A stretch of DNA of 64,000 nucleotides from a virus. The position numbers and the translations under genes are program-made. Each line of letters begins with the position of its first letter. Positions within the stretch are counted from its first letter, which is position 1. The stretch is from positions 1-64,000 of the IMG/VR virus record IMGVR_UViG_3300034101_006340. One strand, written 5' to 3'. Under the pieces are notes generated by a model, which was not told the origin of the DNA, made no database searches, and saw nothing but the letters and a program-made list of their open reading frames with translations. Of the stretch, positions 9,009 to 17,589 are shown piece by piece.

Positions 9009-9437
9009 ATGAAAAAAGAATGGTATGATATAACTAATGTAGATTTATTTGTTGAAGCTAGCAGAGTTTTGGTTTATGATGCTTTTGGAGAAAAAGATCA
9101 AAAAGAAGATATAAAAGATATCAAAATGAGCTTAGATGAATTAGACGATGATGAAAAAGAAGAAATTAATAGGTGCTTACCTCAACAAGAATGTTTAGCA
9201 ATAGCCGAGCAACATCTTAAGAAATATAAAAACAAAAAGAACCAAATTCTATATCGTATTTCAGATAAGGCATATATGGCATTTATAGAATCATTAAACT
9301 CAAGATTAGTTAGTAATATGCTTCATAAATTATCTATGGAGGGATTCTTGGAAAGCGCTTTTGATAGTAATTTAAATGACTTTGTATTTTGGGTTAAAGA
9401 AGATGAAGAAAACGAAAACACTGATAAAAAATCTTAA
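9009..9437 (+). CDS. Hypothetical protein
   Basis: ORF in operon. Confidence 0.7.
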   Translation: MKKEWYDITNVDLFVEASRVLVYDAFGEKDQKEDIKDIKMSLDELDDDEKEEINRCLPQQECLAIAEQHLKKYKNKKNQILYRISDKAYMAFIESLNSRLVSNMLHKLSMEGFLESAFDSNLNDFVFWVKEDEENENTDKKS

Positions 9438-9804
9438 ACCAGATGATTATGATATTAGCTTTAAATATTCTTGTCCAGAATGTCGTAACGATCATTGGAT
9501 ATTCTTAAGAGAAGCTAAAGTTAAAAACTTTAAGATCGTATGTGAATGCGGTAGTATTATTGTTCCAAAAAGGATACGTACTATCAATATAGAATTCTTA
9601 TCGGAAGAATCAAAACCAGTAGTCAAGGAAAACTCCGTGCCACTTGACATACTAGGCGAGTGTGTTAAAATACTCTCTGGGTACGGGTATACATCTGAGG
9701 AAAGTAGTCAAATGATTAAAGAGTCATTTGAATTAACTAATTCAACGGATATTAAAAATCTTATTGCTTGCTCACTTACACACTTTGGAGATAAATATGT
9801 CTAA
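9403..9804 (+). CDS. Zinc-ribbon protein with RuvA domain III-like C-terminus
   Basis: CPEC...CEC; C-terminal ECVKILSGYGYTSEESSQMIK...DIKNLIACSL; overlaps ruvB start. Confidence 0.6.
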   Translation: MKKTKTLIKNLKPDDYDISFKYSCPECRNDHWIFLREAKVKNFKIVCECGSIIVPKRIRTINIEFLSEESKPVVKENSVPLDILGECVKILSGYGYTSEESSQMIKESFELTNSTDIKNLIACSLTHFGDKYV

Positions 9805-10696
9805 CGGTATGAGACCATCTTGTTTTAATGATATTATTGGACAGGAATCGGTTGTTAATCGTTTGAAAATCATGGTCGAGGGCTGTAAAAGCTCTGGTCA
9901 GGTTATGCCCCATACTTTAATAGACGGACCTCCGGGTCTTGGTAAAACAACTATTGCTACATCAATAGCAAATGAAATGGGTGTTAATATTTACACTGTC
10001 AATGCTGCAACTGTTCGCAGTCCAAAAAATATTATTCCTTATCTAATGGGTATTGATCCTAGATCAGTTCTATTTATTGATGAAATCCATCGTCTACCAA
10101 AGCTTGTTGAAGAATTTTTATATCCTGTTATGGAAGACTATAGGCTTGATATTTTGATTGAAAACAAGCCGGAGTCGATTGATCTTCCAGTATTCACACT
10201 TATTGGTGCGACAACGAGCGGAGGTAGTCTTAGTCAGCCATTCTATGATCGATTTACAATCAAGGAGCATTTGACTTTTTATAGTCCAGATGAACTAGCT
10301 AAACTTGCAGGATCGAATGCTGACAAGCTAAGTTTAAATCTTTCGGACGCAGATATGATAGAGATTGCTAAGAGAAGCAAAGGAACTCCTAGGATTCTTA
10401 ATGCTAGATTGCAGTGGTATAAGCACTATGTTGCTTTCCATAAGGATACAAATATTCCTATTGATGAAATTTTTAAGAGTCAGGGGATAGATGAAAATGG
10501 ATTTGATTGTAATGATCTTAGTTATATTAATGTTCTTAAGAAGAATATCGGAAACCCTCTAGGGTTAAAAAGTATATCTAGTATGACCGGTATTGCTATG
10601 GAGACAATTGAAAATAGCATCGAACCATATATGATCAGAATGGGATATGTTGCAAGAACACAGAAGGGCAGAGTGTTAGGCCGCATCAAAACATGA
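9797..10696 (+). CDS. ruvB: Holliday junction branch migration helicase RuvB
   Basis: IIGQESV, GPPGLGKTT, VLFIDEIHRL, GATT, GTPR, PYMIRMGYVARTQKGRV. Confidence 0.95.
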   Translation: MSNGMRPSCFNDIIGQESVVNRLKIMVEGCKSSGQVMPHTLIDGPPGLGKTTIATSIANEMGVNIYTVNAATVRSPKNIIPYLMGIDPRSVLFIDEIHRLPKLVEEFLYPVMEDYRLDILIENKPESIDLPVFTLIGATTSGGSLSQPFYDRFTIKEHLTFYSPDELAKLAGSNADKLSLNLSDADMIEIAKRSKGTPRILNARLQWYKHYVAFHKDTNIPIDEIFKSQGIDENGFDCNDLSYINVLKKNIGNPLGLKSISSMTGIAMETIENSIEPYMIRMGYVARTQKGRVLGRIKT

Positions 10697-11347
10697 TATA
10701 GATCTACATAGTTTATTTTGTATATGAGATAATAAATAGGCTTTCTCAAAAGAGGCGTCATGATATATTGGATCTATAACAGAATTATATCCGACTAAAG
10801 TTATAATTGACTTAGGATAAAGTCCTCTCAAATATAAATAGATCCAAAAACCAGTACTAGGTGTTTTAGTTTTATCATACAGTTCTTTAACCCTAGAGAG
10901 TTCTGTTGGATCAAATAATGTTAAGTGGCCTATTTTTGATGTATCAATGTTTTTAGAAATTAAATAGTCAATAGTCGGTATAAAAAAATTTTTCGATCTA
11001 TATTTTGGATCAAAAAAATCCGGTATAAAAAAATACCTATCAAAATAAAAACGTTCTAATAATTCTAAGTCTCTAAAGAACGTTCCGTACTTTTCATTTT
11101 TAGCTAAACACCTATAAAATATCCATTTTAATGGATGATCAGCTATAAACTTAGATTGAATAATAGGTTGGGCGGTATTGAAAAATACGCTTATACTATT
11201 ACTATTAAGAAATATCTCATCTTCTTTGAGCTTGTCATCAAAAACACTATTTTTTCTATTAGCAAATAAGAAAAAGTTCTTATTGTTTTCTTTTTGTGTT
11301 TTAAAGATTTTTGTAAAGTTACTGCAAATATTGTGTATTTTAATCAT
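10676..11347 (-). CDS. GT29 (sialyltransferase-like) glycosyltransferase, putative
   Basis: FLFANR/VFFN (L-like), PSTGF...ITLVGY (S-like), HDASFE (HxxxxE, VS-like). Confidence 0.55.
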   Translation of the reverse strand: MIKIHNICSNFTKIFKTQKENNKNFFLFANRKNSVFDDKLKEDEIFLNSNSISVFFNTAQPIIQSKFIADHPLKWIFYRCLAKNEKYGTFFRDLELLERFYFDRYFFIPDFFDPKYRSKNFFIPTIDYLISKNIDTSKIGHLTLFDPTELSRVKELYDKTKTPSTGFWIYLYLRGLYPKSIITLVGYNSVIDPIYHDASFEKAYLLSHIQNKLCRSISCFDAA

Positions 11348-11377
11348 ATTGTAGTCAAACTTACGGTGTATTATATT

Positions 11378-11692
11378 ATGAGCTATTCTGATTGGTTTGC
11401 TATATCAATTATTTTATCTTTACAAACTATTGGATCATTATTATCAGTACTAATAGGAATATATTTAGTAAAATATCATAATAATCTTGGTACACCATCA
11501 AATATAAAATTAAACAATACAAATCATAATAGTAATAATCAAAGCAAAAAATTAGATATTGATGAAACAAAAGTAGTATTAAATATTGATACTACAAAAC
11601 TAGAAAAAAAATTTACTAATTTAGCGGAACAAAAAACAGTGGACACGGACATATCAGAATCCGTAAATAGACTGAAACAAATGAAAGGATAG
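11378..11692 (+). CDS. Single-pass membrane protein upstream of actin-like gene
   Basis: N-terminal hydrophobic helix, low-complexity linker, C-terminal ISESVNRLKQMKG. Confidence 0.6.
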   Translation: MSYSDWFAISIILSLQTIGSLLSVLIGIYLVKYHNNLGTPSNIKLNNTNHNSNNQSKKLDIDETKVVLNIDTTKLEKKFTNLAEQKTVDTDISESVNRLKQMKG

Positions 11693-11700
11693 GTTATTAT

Positions 11701-12705
11701 ATGGCAAAAGGATTAGATGTAGGCACATCGTTTATTGTATTATCTCAGCAATCAGGAAAAAGTATTACATATACTGATTTTAGAGATGCGTTTTATATTA
11801 TTAAACCATCCACTCCTGTAGCTAATAAGATGATAGAAAAAGGATTAAAAGGCAAAGTTTTTATTAAAGATAGTGACGGATCTTTTGTTCTTCTAGGTAA
11901 AGACGCTATAGAAAAAGCCATAGAAAGAAATGAGACTGCTCGTAGGCCAATGTATAGAGGCGTAGTGTCTGTTAAAGAAAAAGACGCAAAAAGAATATTG
12001 GCATATATTTTAAAAGAAGTTGCCGGTCAAGCATCTGAACCAAATGAAAAACTGATTTTTTGTATACCAGCACAACCAGTTGATCAAGAAGATGATGATT
12101 TTGATGTTGGATATCATGAAGATGTAGTAAAGACTATACTAGCAGAATGTGGATATGTGGCTAAATCAATTAATGAAGCTGAAGCATTATGTTATGCTGA
12201 ACTAGAAAAAGATGATTACACAGGTATCGGGATAAGTTGCGGTGCTGGTATGACAAACGTGTGCGTTATGTTAAATGGTGAACCAACAGTAGTCTTTAGC
12301 ACAACCAAGTCAGGCGATTGGGTTGATCGTATGGCTTCTGTAGCGACCGGAGAGCCGGATAGTGTAATTCAGGTAGAGAAGGAAGCCGGTGGTTTTAAAG
12401 TAGGTGAACCAAACGACAATCCTGTTTTGGCTGCTGTGTCAGCATATTATGAGCGACTTATAGACTATACAGCAAAACAATTATCTTTTACTTTATCTGA
12501 TCATAAAGCTCTTCCAAAGTTTAAGCATCCTATTAAAATAGTTGTAGCTGGTGGAACATCTAAAGCAGAAGGTTATGTGGATCATTTAAAATTAAAACTA
12601 GTAGAGCATAATTTTCCATTAGAAATTTCGGAAGTAGTACATGCGTCAGACCCTCTGCATTCTGTAGCAAAAGGTTGCCTTATAGCAGCATCTATACTGG
12701 ATTAA
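11701..12705 (+). CDS. Actin-fold ATPase (MreB/ParM/MamK-like)
   Basis: GLDVGTS, NEAEAL, SCGAGMTN, VVAGGTS. Confidence 0.8.
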   Translation: MAKGLDVGTSFIVLSQQSGKSITYTDFRDAFYIIKPSTPVANKMIEKGLKGKVFIKDSDGSFVLLGKDAIEKAIERNETARRPMYRGVVSVKEKDAKRILAYILKEVAGQASEPNEKLIFCIPAQPVDQEDDDFDVGYHEDVVKTILAECGYVAKSINEAEALCYAELEKDDYTGIGISCGAGMTNVCVMLNGEPTVVFSTTKSGDWVDRMASVATGEPDSVIQVEKEAGGFKVGEPNDNPVLAAVSAYYERLIDYTAKQLSFTLSDHKALPKFKHPIKIVVAGGTSKAEGYVDHLKLKLVEHNFPLEISEVVHASDPLHSVAKGCLIAASILD

Positions 12706-12706
12706 T

Positions 12707-13036
12707 ATGTGGATTTTATCAATATTTAAATTTAATATTCTTAAAACTACCAACAGATCTCCAAAATGGAGACAATTAAGAAAAACTCATCTTATCAAAC
12801 AGCCAAATTGTATGGTGTGTGGATCTTCTTATCGTCCTGAAGTGCATCATATTATTCCTGTACATCTTGATCCGTCAAAGGAATTAGATCCAAATAATTT
12901 AATTACTTTGTGTGATAAATACTGTCATTTTATATTTGGACACTTAATGAACTGGTGGTCTCATAATCCAGATATAATTGAAGACGCTAATATTTTTAGT
13001 TCTAAAATTTTAAAAGCAAAAGGTCAAATAAAATGA
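12707..13036 (+). CDS. HNH endonuclease
   Basis: CMVC, EVHHIIP, NNLITLC...CH. Confidence 0.85.
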   Translation: MWILSIFKFNILKTTNRSPKWRQLRKTHLIKQPNCMVCGSSYRPEVHHIIPVHLDPSKELDPNNLITLCDKYCHFIFGHLMNWWSHNPDIIEDANIFSSKILKAKGQIK

Positions 13037-13953
13037 GAAGAAGAGAGTGTAAACTATTACCACATATTAAACAACCAATATATGGATTTGACCCTAGGTC
13101 CGCACAAATTCTACCATGGGCGATTAATGATTTTCATGTTCAAAAAATATGGCATAAATCAAATGGAGATAATGTAATAGTCGCTGTTATCGATACTGGT
13201 TGCGATAGTAATCATATTGATATTAAAGAAAATATTATTAATGGATATAATGTAATATCGCAGTCTAATAATTTTTCGGATGGTAATGGTCATGGAACTC
13301 ATGTTGCTGGAACCATAGCTGCTATAAATAATAATTTAGGAGTTGTTGGAATTGCGCCAAAAACAAAAATTATGCCAATAAAAGCATTGTCTGATAATGG
13401 ATCAGGATCAAATAATGATGTAGCATCAGCAATAGATTATGCAGTAGAAAATGGGGCTGATATTATTACAATGTCATTAGGTTCTGATTTTCCTTCGGTT
13501 AGAATAGAAAAATCACTAATAAAAGCTCATGAAAAACTAGTAGCAGTTTTTTGTGCTGCTGGTAATAGTGGATTAAAACATGAAATTAATTTTCCAGCAA
13601 GGTATGAGCAAACAATATGTATAGGAGCAATAAATAGAGAATTAATGCTATGCGAATTTAGTTGCTCAGGAGAATCTCTAGATTTTTTAGCTCCGGGTTC
13701 AGATATAATGAGTTGTGTACCAGGAAATAATTATGCGACCATGAGCGGGACTAGCATGGCTACACCATTTGCTGTAGGGTGCATGTCTCTATATCTTTCT
13801 TATCTTAGAAGAAATAATAATGATAATAAACTAAGAATCAACCAGAAGGATATTATAGAGCATTTTAAACAACATACTAGAAAATTAAATGATCAAGAAT
13901 ACACTGGAGTTAGAAGATACGAGGGATATGGAATAATAACACCAGAGATATAA
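13033..13953 (+). CDS. Subtilisin-like S8 serine protease
   Basis: VIDTG, HGTHVAGT, AAGN, SGTSMATP. Confidence 0.95.
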   Translation: MRRRECKLLPHIKQPIYGFDPRSAQILPWAINDFHVQKIWHKSNGDNVIVAVIDTGCDSNHIDIKENIINGYNVISQSNNFSDGNGHGTHVAGTIAAINNNLGVVGIAPKTKIMPIKALSDNGSGSNNDVASAIDYAVENGADIITMSLGSDFPSVRIEKSLIKAHEKLVAVFCAAGNSGLKHEINFPARYEQTICIGAINRELMLCEFSCSGESLDFLAPGSDIMSCVPGNNYATMSGTSMATPFAVGCMSLYLSYLRRNNNDNKLRINQKDIIEHFKQHTRKLNDQEYTGVRRYEGYGIITPEI

Positions 13954-14015
13954 CTTCACCCCGCTGCATAATATATATGCTGTTTTTACAAAAAGTCAAG
14001 TTCCAAATTTTACGC

Positions 14016-14043
14016 TTGACATCTCGTAACTGTATGGTATCAT
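14016..14043 (+). promoter_or_regulatory. Sigma70 promoter with extended -10
   Basis: TTGACA (14016-14021), 16 nt, TATCAT preceded by TGN; AGGAG SD follows. Confidence 0.7.
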
Positions 14044-14061
14044 ACTCACAGGAGACAAAAA

Positions 14062-14259
14062 ATGTCTTTTACACAAGACAATTCAGACGATAGAAAAAAA
14101 TACGGAAGAAACAAAATAAAATACAAGTTCCTAGATAAAAATAGGGGCCAAGACTCAGAGTCTAGAGACAAAAGCAGAATTAAAAAACAAATTAGATCAA
14201 AATTGGAAGAGATTCGTCAAGAAGAAATATGGGAGGATTGGGAGGATGAAGTATCTTGA
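14062..14259 (+). CDS. Small charged hypothetical protein
   Basis: AGGAG SD; first gene after promoter. Confidence 0.65.
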   Translation: MSFTQDNSDDRKKYGRNKIKYKFLDKNRGQDSESRDKSRIKKQIRSKLEEIRQEEIWEDWEDEVS

Positions 14260-14509
14260 AGAGATATCGCCAGGATCCTTATTCTCATGTTTTAATGATA
14301 AATTTATTTTAACATCAGATTATAGAATAAAAAAAGATTTAAAACAGTATAGTTGTATATCTGTAACTAATGGATCAAGTAGATGGATTGAAGAAAATAC
14401 TGTTGTTAACTTATTGCAGATGTATTATCAAGATGATGAGAAAAATTTAGTTCTAGTTAAGGAATATGAACACAATGAAGACTTTGACAAAAATAAAAAC
14501 ATTCTTTAA
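14246..14509 (+). CDS. Hypothetical protein
   Basis: GGAGG SD, coupled ORF. Confidence 0.65.
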   Translation: MKYLEEISPGSLFSCFNDKFILTSDYRIKKDLKQYSCISVTNGSSRWIEENTVVNLLQMYYQDDEKNLVLVKEYEHNEDFDKNKNIL

Positions 14510-14729
14510 GTCTTTATGGTTTCATATTTGGCTTGGATTCCCAAAATGCACATTAGAACAAATCCAGAAAAGATTCAAGATTTGCTCCGAATCGTGCGAT
14601 ATGTATAATACAAAGGACTCCACATGTATGATGTGTGGATGCAATTTGAGTACAAAAAAAATTTTTTTGAATAAACTTGCTTGGGCTGATCAAGAATGCC
14701 CATTGGGTAAATGGAGGAAAGAAATATGA
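14466..14729 (+). CDS. Cys-rich small protein (DUF6171-like)
   Basis: C...C...CMMCGC...K...CPLGKW. Confidence 0.6.
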   Translation: MNTMKTLTKIKTFFKSLWFHIWLGFPKCTLEQIQKRFKICSESCDMYNTKDSTCMMCGCNLSTKKIFLNKLAWADQECPLGKWRKEI

Positions 14730-15295
14730 CAACTAAATATTCTAATACTAACAAGTCACTCAATAATATCAATATTATTAGAAATGGACAAGATATTTTT
14801 ACTCAAGCATTTGCTTGCATTGAGGGCCAACATAACGGAAACAGTGTTATTATCCCGCATGTGTGCAATAATACAAATCTTTTCTCAGCAGGATTTGCCG
14901 CACAAATAGCAGAAAGATTCCCGTCTGTGAAAGAGAATTTTCATCTTCTAGGCAAGAAAGCAAGTTTAGGAAATGTACAACATATATTAGTAGCGCATAA
15001 TAAAGCCTACGGCCATAAGTTATACATATCCAATATGATAGCCCAAAATGGTATTAGGTCACCAAAAAATCTTAGACCTATTAATTATGGTTCTTTATCT
15101 CGTTGTATGGAAGATATTAAAAACTTTGCATCACAGTTAGTAAAACAGGACGATATTACCAAAGTGCAAATCCATGCACCCAAATTTGGGAGTGGATTAG
15201 CTGGTGGCGACTGGAATTTTATTGAAAATTTGATCGAAGATATTTGGACCCCTATGGAAGTTTATATTTATTTACCAAACCATAATCAAAAATAA
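14726..15295 (+). CDS. Macro domain protein (OARD1/DarG/Poa1p-like)
   Basis: IIPHVCNN, AGFAAQIA, NMIAQ, APKFGSGLAGGDW. Confidence 0.85.
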   Translation: MTTKYSNTNKSLNNINIIRNGQDIFTQAFACIEGQHNGNSVIIPHVCNNTNLFSAGFAAQIAERFPSVKENFHLLGKKASLGNVQHILVAHNKAYGHKLYISNMIAQNGIRSPKNLRPINYGSLSRCMEDIKNFASQLVKQDDITKVQIHAPKFGSGLAGGDWNFIENLIEDIWTPMEVYIYLPNHNQK

Positions 15296-15296
15296 T

Positions 15297-15422
15297 ATGT
15301 TAGAATTACTATTTTCGCTGGCTATAATCTGTGGTCTGATAGACGGATTAAGCCAATTGCATAACCCATCAAAAAAACAATACAGAGAATCTAAGAATTT
15401 ATTAGACTGTTTATTTAGATAA
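15297..15422 (+). CDS. 41-aa hydrophobic peptide missed by the ORF track
   Basis: ATG 15297 to TAA 15422 fills the gap exactly; MLELLFSLAIICGLIDGLSQ. Confidence 0.5.
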   Translation: MLELLFSLAIICGLIDGLSQLHNPSKKQYRESKNLLDCLFR

Positions 15423-15423
15423 A

Positions 15424-15972
15424 ATGACTACCTGTAGATTAAAGCATCAAAGATGTTATTTAGCTGGAGCTATTGATAGAGTTCCAGACAGAGGCACACA
15501 ATGGAGAGACTATATTACTCCATTTTTAGAAAGTTTAGGGGTCGAGGTATTTAATCCTCTTAAAAAACCAACTAATTTAGGTGCTGAAGACGAATCAATA
15601 GCGTCGTATAAAAAAAGACTGAAAGAAAAAAAAGACTACGACACTCTATCAGAATTAATGAAAACAATTAGATCCGTAGACCTAAGAATGGTAGACGTTA
15701 GTGATTTTTTAATTGTAAATCTAGATATAGACACCCATCCATGCGGAACTCTGGAAGAAATTTTTTGGGCAAACAGACAAAAGAAACCAATATTAATTCA
15801 TATGGTACAGGGAAAAATATCAGCACCCGATTGGCTATTCGGAACTATACCGCATCAACTAATATTTAATGACTGGAAAGAAATGATGTCATATCTTTTA
15901 GATATCAATAATAATTACAATACTCAGAACATAACCAATAATAGATGGGTGTTTTTTAACCATAAAGGATAA
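15424..15972 (+). CDS. Nucleoside 2-deoxyribosyltransferase-like protein
   Basis: CYLAGAID, WR, FNP, DLRMVDVSDFLIV, GTLEE. Confidence 0.8.
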   Translation: MTTCRLKHQRCYLAGAIDRVPDRGTQWRDYITPFLESLGVEVFNPLKKPTNLGAEDESIASYKKRLKEKKDYDTLSELMKTIRSVDLRMVDVSDFLIVNLDIDTHPCGTLEEIFWANRQKKPILIHMVQGKISAPDWLFGTIPHQLIFNDWKEMMSYLLDINNNYNTQNITNNRWVFFNHKG

Positions 15973-15976
15973 TATA

Positions 15977-16447
15977 ATGTCAGAACATCAAAAGTTTACC
16001 CCATCTGTAACATCAGTTAGTCAAGCAGAAAAAAAAGATATTCTTTTTTCTTCAAAAAATTTATCGGTTAGGCCATCTCAGATTCATGGAATAGGTGTTT
16101 TTGCAGACAAGGATTTTTATCCAGAAGAAACTGTTGAAGTTTTTCCTATAATACCATTATCTTTTCGTACGCATTACCAAGGAGACGCCAGGGTATTAGA
16201 TTACTCTGCTGTAAAATATTGTGAGTGTGAAGAATGCAAAAAACATGGCTATGTTATATTTATGAGATTCGGATATGGTGGGATATATAATCATCAAGAT
16301 AAACCAAATGCTAAATTATTTATCGATTACGGTGATTATTATGGAAAGTGCATAGCTGATAGTCATATTAAAGCTGGTGATGAGATTTTTATAGACTATG
16401 GGCCCAACTATATATTTAGAGAAGGAAAGAATTCTATTAGAGAATAA
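15977..16447 (+). CDS. SET domain methyltransferase
   Basis: SQIHGIGVFA, YNHQDKPNA, IKAGDEIFIDYG. Confidence 0.85.
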   Translation: MSEHQKFTPSVTSVSQAEKKDILFSSKNLSVRPSQIHGIGVFADKDFYPEETVEVFPIIPLSFRTHYQGDARVLDYSAVKYCECEECKKHGYVIFMRFGYGGIYNHQDKPNAKLFIDYGDYYGKCIADSHIKAGDEIFIDYGPNYIFREGKNSIRE

Positions 16448-16452
16448 GAATT

Positions 16453-17589
16453 ATGCAAAAAATTATTAATGACACAAAATTAAATTTTGATGATGTTCTT
16501 ATTAGACCTAAAAGATCCAGACTAGGAAGCAGAGCAGAAGTTTCTTTAACCAGAACATTTAAGTTTTTACACTCTAATAGGTCATTATCTTGCGTTCCTT
16601 TATTCGCAGCGAATATGGACACAACTGGCACATTTGCTATGGCAAACGAGTTAAATAAATACGAATGTTTAACCTGTTTACATAAGCACTATACAGTAGA
16701 AAATTTTGTAGAGTTTTATAATGCATTACAATATACCAATCATATTTTTTATTCTACGGGTATCAATAAAAATGACATAGACAAACTTAATCAAGTATGT
16801 TTTGGGCTACAAAATCTGGGATCTAGATTCCCGAATATATGTATTGATGTTGCTAACGGATACAGTGAAAAATTTGTTAAAGCAGTTAGACACATTAGAG
16901 ATTTGTATCCAGAAGTAATTATTATGGCAGGAAATGTTGTCACACCAGAAATGGTTGAAGAATTATTGCTTCATGGTGGTGTGGATATAGTCAAAGTTGG
17001 TATAGGATCAGGCAGTGTTTGCACCACAAGATTAAAAACCGGCATAGGATATCCTCAACTAAGTGCTGTAATGGAATGCGCCGATGCTGCACACGGATTA
17101 GGGGGTCATATTTGTAGCGACGGTGGATGTAAAATTGTTGCAGATATCTGCAAAGCTTTTGGCGGAAATAGTGACTTTGTTATGCTTGGTGGAATGTTAG
17201 CCGGAACAGATTGCTGCGAAGGAGAATGGGAATATGAATATCGTAGAGCCATAGTCGATAATAACGGCAAAGTTCTACAAGAACAATGGGGACTTGCTGA
17301 TAATGGATACAATACATCAACAGATAAAAGAAAAAGATCACTCAAGTTTTACGGCATGAGTAGTAAGGAAGCCATGAATAAACATAATGGCGGAGTTGCT
17401 GAATATAGAACTAGTGAAGGCAAATGTGTGTCAATCCCCTACAAAGGAACAACAGAGGATACAATAAAAGATATTTTAGGAGGACTAAGAAGTTCTTGCA
17501 CATATATAGGAGCAGAAAATATAAAAGATTTTGGTAAAAAAACAACTTTTATAATAGTTAATGATACTCATAATAGGATTTTCATATAA
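16453..17589 (+). CDS. guaC: GMP reductase
   Basis: LNFDDVLIRPKRS, AANMDTTG, KVGIGSGSVCTTR, FYGMSS, RTSEGK, GGLRSSCTY. Confidence 0.95.
   Translation: MQKIINDTKLNFDDVLIRPKRSRLGSRAEVSLTRTFKFLHSNRSLSCVPLFAANMDTTGTFAMANELNKYECLTCLHKHYTVENFVEFYNALQYTNHIFYSTGINKNDIDKLNQVCFGLQNLGSRFPNICIDVANGYSEKFVKAVRHIRDLYPEVIIMAGNVVTPEMVEELLLHGGVDIVKVGIGSGSVCTTRLKTGIGYPQLSAVMECADAAHGLGGHICSDGGCKIVADICKAFGGNSDFVMLGGMLAGTDCCEGEWEYEYRRAIVDNNGKVLQEQWGLADNGYNTSTDKRKRSLKFYGMSSKEAMNKHNGGVAEYRTSEGKCVSIPYKGTTEDTIKDILGGLRSSCTYIGAENIKDFGKKTTFIIVNDTHNRIFI

Noticed and set aside
12707-13036. HNH genes (also 54605-55165) as part of a novel system
   Set aside because: Free-standing HNH genes are common in phages; no linked intron or repeat seen
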